20,000 nucleotides of DNA from an uncultured virus (IMG/VR IMGVR_UViG_3300030330_006222) (Duplodnaviria; Heunggongvirae; Uroviricota; Caudoviricetes), in the IMG/VR virus record IMGVR_UViG_3300030330_006222. One strand, given 5' to 3'. Shown in pieces: positions 16,522-20,000 of the stretch; position 1 is the stretch's first letter; each line of letters opens with the position of its first letter. The notes below the pieces were generated by a model. It made no database searches, was not told where the DNA came from, and was given only the letters and a program-made list of their open reading frames with translations. Position numbers and translations under genes: made by a program.

Positions 16522-16734
16522 TTACTTATCAGGCGTTTTGTTTTTTGTACGTTCGTTCATGTAATTTAAATTGTGTCTTTTTTCAAACACAGCTCGTTCA
16601 ACTTCTTCAGTTTCAAGATCGTATTCTTTTTTGATATCCCAAAGTGCATTTTCAATTCCGTCTTGAAAATCAAAATTAGGCTTTTGTTCTTTGGTTTTTT
16701 CTTTCTTAAACCAATCAAGTATAAATATTGACAT
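16522..16734 (-). CDS. Hypothetical protein (70 aa)
   Basis: Start corrected to ATG 16734 (MSIFILDWF) with an AGGAG RBS. The track start at 16803 lies inside the tmRNA. Confidence 0.7.
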   Translation of the reverse strand: MSIFILDWFKKEKTKEQKPNFDFQDGIENALWDIKKEYDLETEEVERAVFEKRHNLNYMNERTKNKTPDK

Positions 16735-16747
16735 TTTGTCTCCTATG

Positions 16748-17094
<347 letters not shown>

Positions 17095-17295
17095 TTACTT
17101 CATAGTAATTACTCCAACTGGACTATTATCTTCTCCATCAAGCCAAATTACTTTTGGATTAAGTAATTTGCTTTTAACTGCTTTTTTGAAAAATATATTC
17201 TTTTTAGCTGATTTCATTGCGGCACTTTCCGTAGTGTGTTTACTAACTAACTCACCCTGGATATAGTGTCCATCATATTTATAAACTTTATACAT
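17095..17295 (-). CDS. Hypothetical basic protein (66 aa)
   Basis: TAATG coupling to the upstream gene. Its stop codon directly abuts tmRNA nucleotide 1. Confidence 0.75.
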   Translation of the reverse strand: MYKVYKYDGHYIQGELVSKHTTESAAMKSAKKNIFFKKAVKSKLLNPKVIWLDGEDNSPVGVITMK

Positions 17296-17882
17296 TATAG
17301 CAATCCGTCAATTGTAGAGCGAACATGCTGTTCGTTGAATCCAACTGCGCCCGAGTGAATTTTTAAATCCTTGGTAATAAAAACATATGTTGGAAAGCCA
17401 CCTATTAAGTAACCATTGACTCCTGTAGAATCTGCCACACTTCTATCAGCATATAATACTGGTGCGGTTGTAATTCCATGCGAGATTACCCACTCATTAA
17501 TTTCTTCTTCAGTTGGAGGGTCGCCAGTCATACCATCGATTAAAACAGTAACAAACTCAACCCTGCCTTCATAATCATCCTGAATAGGCTGTACAAAGTG
17601 TCCGGCATTCTGGCATGGCATACACCAGACTGTTGAAAAGTCAAGAATAATAACCTTTCCCTCGTGATCATACAATTGCCAAACGTCTCTGTTTTGATCG
17701 TAAAAAATCATATTACAAACCGATGAACCAATAGTTTGCTGGTCACAGCTATCAGTCTTAATGATACCGAACTGTGTTGGGATAATTTCTTCATTAGCAG
17801 TCGTATCAACTGCAAGATTATTATTTTCGGTTTCTAACGTTGCTGGACATCCAAGCAAACTTAATATTAAGAGTTTAATCAT
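17295..17882 (-). CDS. Thioredoxin-like (TlpA/redoxin) lipoprotein
   Basis: Signal with lipobox MIKLLILSLLG-C, active site GKVIILDFSTVWCMPCQ and cis-Pro loop GGFPTYVFI. Confidence 0.85.
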   Translation of the reverse strand: MIKLLILSLLGCPATLETENNNLAVDTTANEEIIPTQFGIIKTDSCDQQTIGSSVCNMIFYDQNRDVWQLYDHEGKVIILDFSTVWCMPCQNAGHFVQPIQDDYEGRVEFVTVLIDGMTGDPPTEEEINEWVISHGITTAPVLYADRSVADSTGVNGYLIGGFPTYVFITKDLKIHSGAVGFNEQHVRSTIDGLL

Positions 17883-17884
17883 TT

Positions 17885-18211
17885 TTATTCCTTATCAATT
17901 TTATAATTTTTACAGGCTCTTCTGAAATTTTGTTGAGTTAATCCTAAAAATCTAGCAGCATCAGTTTTGTTTTTAGTAACTGAAAGTGAAAACTTTAAAA
18001 CTGCTTCTTTAGTTATTGCTGACATTCTATTCCAAATATCAAAGCCATATAACCTGTGGTTTAATAAATTGGTTGAAAGTTCTAGTTTGACAGCTATTAG
18101 ATCTTCTAATGATAGATTGTTTAAACATGTAATTAATTGATCATTTAACTTGTTTTGATCTTTTAATTTAGATATAATACTATAATCAGTCATGCTTTCA
18201 TATGCAGTCAA
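17885..18211 (-). CDS. Small protein with C-terminal Fis-type helix-turn-helix
   Basis: AVLKFSLSVTKNKTDAARFLGLTQQNFRRACKNYKI matches the Fis/NtrC HTH pattern (N..AA..LG....). Start is TTG 18211 or ATG 18193. Confidence 0.7.
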   Translation of the reverse strand: MTAYESMTDYSIISKLKDQNKLNDQLITCLNNLSLEDLIAVKLELSTNLLNHRLYGFDIWNRMSAITKEAVLKFSLSVTKNKTDAARFLGLTQQNFRRACKNYKIDKE

Positions 18212-18225
18212 ACAATCACAATTTT

Positions 18226-18254
18226 ATTGTAACCAGTTTTGGAAAACTTGTCAA
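18226..18254 (-). promoter_or_regulatory. Sigma70-type promoter with a palindromic spacer
   Basis: TTGACA AGTTTTCCAAAACTGGT TACAAT. The spacer contains the inverted repeat AGTTTT-CC-AAAACT (18235-18248). Confidence 0.8.
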
Positions 18255-18272
18255 GTAAAATATATAGTTTTT

Positions 18273-18770
18273 TTAAGTAGTACCTGCTGGAACACCAACG
18301 CCTGCTGCGGCTGCAGCAGTTCCGCTCTCACCGCCGGAAGATACGAGAGATTCTGATTTTACCTCTTCTCGAATGACTAATTTAATATATTCATCCATTA
18401 ATCTTGCCATGGCACCTTGCAAAGCCAAAGCATCATCGATTATATCTCCCACAGTCACAGCATCTTTGAGAGCAGTTGCTAGCGTAACAATATCTCCTCG
18501 TTCAACATCAGCACCACTAGCTCTACCAGGCTTCCAGTCTGGATCAGGAATTAACGGCGGTACGTCCAATATTAACGTTGGCAAAGTTGTTATAGGATCC
18601 ACTCCTCTGCGGATTGCGCCGGCAAGATCACTTTTTAATTTTGCTTCAGTAACATCGTTAATTAGAGCCAACATTTCTCTTAACTTAGTTGGTACTTGAT
18701 CGATGTCTTTTGTTGTATCTAAACCAGTAGTTTCTAATGCTGTTATTAATCTTTCGAGTGCATTCGACAT
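18273..18770 (-). CDS. Hypothetical protein (165 aa), Gly/Ala-rich tail
   Basis: GGAG RBS and TAATG coupling to the upstream gene. No recognised family. Confidence 0.75.
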   Translation of the reverse strand: MSNALERLITALETTGLDTTKDIDQVPTKLREMLALINDVTEAKLKSDLAGAIRRGVDPITTLPTLILDVPPLIPDPDWKPGRASGADVERGDIVTLATALKDAVTVGDIIDDALALQGAMARLMDEYIKLVIREEVKSESLVSSGGESGTAAAAAGVGVPAGTT

Positions 18771-19549
18771 TATAACTCCAGCTCTAATTCATCCTCGGCG
18801 CCGGTTGGTTCAGAACCCATAGCACCGTCTTGTGCTGCAGCATCATCATAAGCTTGGTTTGTGGGTTCGTCTAAACTACCCGATAACTCTTCTTCAAACT
18901 TGTCGAAGTAAAGCTTAAGATTTGCAATTAAGTAATCGTAAAATAATTCTTGATCTTCAGGGTCTCCAAGAAGTTCGTATGAATCAATAATACTAGTTTC
19001 TATTTTCTTGAACGATTGGTACGCCACATTGCGCCCAGTCTCGTCACCTTCGACATCTGCTCCGAACGCATCTCGCGGATCTTCTTCCGCTTTTTCATCG
19101 TCTGCTGATTTCTCGGCATCAGTGCGAATATCGATAAACTTGTCATCAACAGCATCATCCCCAACATTAATAGATACCTCCTCTTCTAAATCGTCGTCTT
19201 CACCATCAGCATCATTGTTAATTTTTGCAGGTGTTAGTGAGTTTACTACAGCGTTAATAATATGTGAACGATAAGATTCTCTTTGAGAAGTATTTGTTGT
19301 TAAAGACTTGTAATCTGTTTCGATAATTGGTATAATCTTTTTAAGGAGTTCTTCAAGGACGTTAATACCTGTGGATTTGTTCGGGGTAGGATCAACATCG
19401 GGACCGCCTTCCGTGAGGGTGCGCATCTCAATGTCAATAAACTCACGAACAACCTGACGAAGTTGCTCTTCTTGGGTATTGTTTTTCTGTTTGACAAGTC
19501 TAATAATTTGTCTTATGTTCTCTCTGAGAATTTTTTCTTCTTGGTTCAT
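18770..19549 (-). CDS. Hypothetical highly acidic protein (259 aa)
   Basis: ATGA coupling. D/E-rich tracts and N-terminal amphipathic LRENIRQII / LRQVVREFI repeats. Confidence 0.85.
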   Translation of the reverse strand: MNQEEKILRENIRQIIRLVKQKNNTQEEQLRQVVREFIDIEMRTLTEGGPDVDPTPNKSTGINVLEELLKKIIPIIETDYKSLTTNTSQRESYRSHIINAVVNSLTPAKINNDADGEDDDLEEEVSINVGDDAVDDKFIDIRTDAEKSADDEKAEEDPRDAFGADVEGDETGRNVAYQSFKKIETSIIDSYELLGDPEDQELFYDYLIANLKLYFDKFEEELSGSLDEPTNQAYDDAAAQDGAMGSEPTGAEDELELEL

Positions 19550-20000
19550 TTTATAATGCCTCTTTTCATAATTAGTTCAATAACTTCGTCTATCAAGCTT
19601 AAATCAATATATTCCTTTTGTTTACTTCTTTTTTTCTTGGGTCTAGCCGACCCATATGCCAAAGGGACTGGTGCCCCGGTAAGACCGGCGCCGGCACCTC
19701 CTCCTGCACCGGACATTTCTTCAACTGCTGAGAGACCAAGTATATCTAATACAGTGTCTACGTTCTCTTCGCCAACAAAATCAGCTATTTCAGCACGATT
19801 TTCTATGGCACCACCAAGAGCGTTCCTAAATGCAGTTGCGCTATACGGCTCTCCGCTAGGTCGTGTTGTAGGAGATACAGCGGATCTCTCGGGATCTATA
19901 AGTTTTACTCCATCTTTAACATATTGTTTGGCACTGAGCCATCTTTTCCAGTCATCATCTTTTGTACTGGCGCCTAAAATGACTGTATCACCAATATTTA
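19546..20000 (-). CDS. C-terminal part of a protein, probably of the cytidyltransferase-like family (5' end outside the window)
   Basis: Not in the track. Open frame from 19998: NIGDTVILGASTKDDDWKRW...GEPYSATAFRNAL...EEMSGAGGGAGAG...DEVIELIMKRGIIK*. SATAFR resembles the SxT/SxxR motif of HxGH nucleotidyltransferases. Confidence 0.6.
   Translation of the reverse strand, partial: NIGDTVILGASTKDDDWKRWLSAKQYVKDGVKLIDPERSAVSPTTRPSGEPYSATAFRNALGGAIENRAEIADFVGEENVDTVLDILGLSAVEEMSGAGGGAGAGLTGAPVPLAYGSARPKKKRSKQKEYIDLSLIDEVIELIMKRGIIK

Noticed and set aside
19670..19700. GC-rich hairpin GGTGCC...CCGGT-CTT-ACCGG...GGCACC
   Set aside because: Falls in a Gly/Ala/Pro-coding linker of an open frame and is explained by codon composition. 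No U-tract.

Overview
Gene-dense, AT-rich window in which every credible gene lies on the minus strand, often with overlapping stop/start codons. All three stop codons are used, so the code is standard (code 11). The content best fits a large (jumbo-type) bacteriophage genome, though this is inference because no capsid, terminase or polymerase hallmark is in the window. Positions 1-9424 are a tightly coupled glycosylation operon: SDR, two cupins, a GT-A/GT29 sialyltransferase-like fusion, gmd, a miniature DegT-type aminotransferase, a methyltransferase, a Maf/DUF115-like protein and three GT4-like glycosyltransferases. A Cas4-like PD-(D/E)XK nuclease sits 7 nt upstream of this operon behind a consensus sigma70 promoter. 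Positions 10240-13953 hold a zincin protease, PIN-PhoH, UvsE and small ORFs. Positions 13981-14738 hold two tRNA-Asn(GUU) genes, one canonical and one with a rewired tertiary core, and the odd one is preceded by an unexplained pseudoknotted RNA. Further on are an HNH nuclease, a cytidylyltransferase, a permuted NlpC/P60 enzyme, a full tmRNA (16749-17094, tag ending ANNNEHFDAVALAA) with an atypical resume region, a redoxin lipoprotein, a Fis-like HTH protein and acidic hypothetical proteins. Five sigma70-type promoters and a recurrent CTATATA motif are visible.
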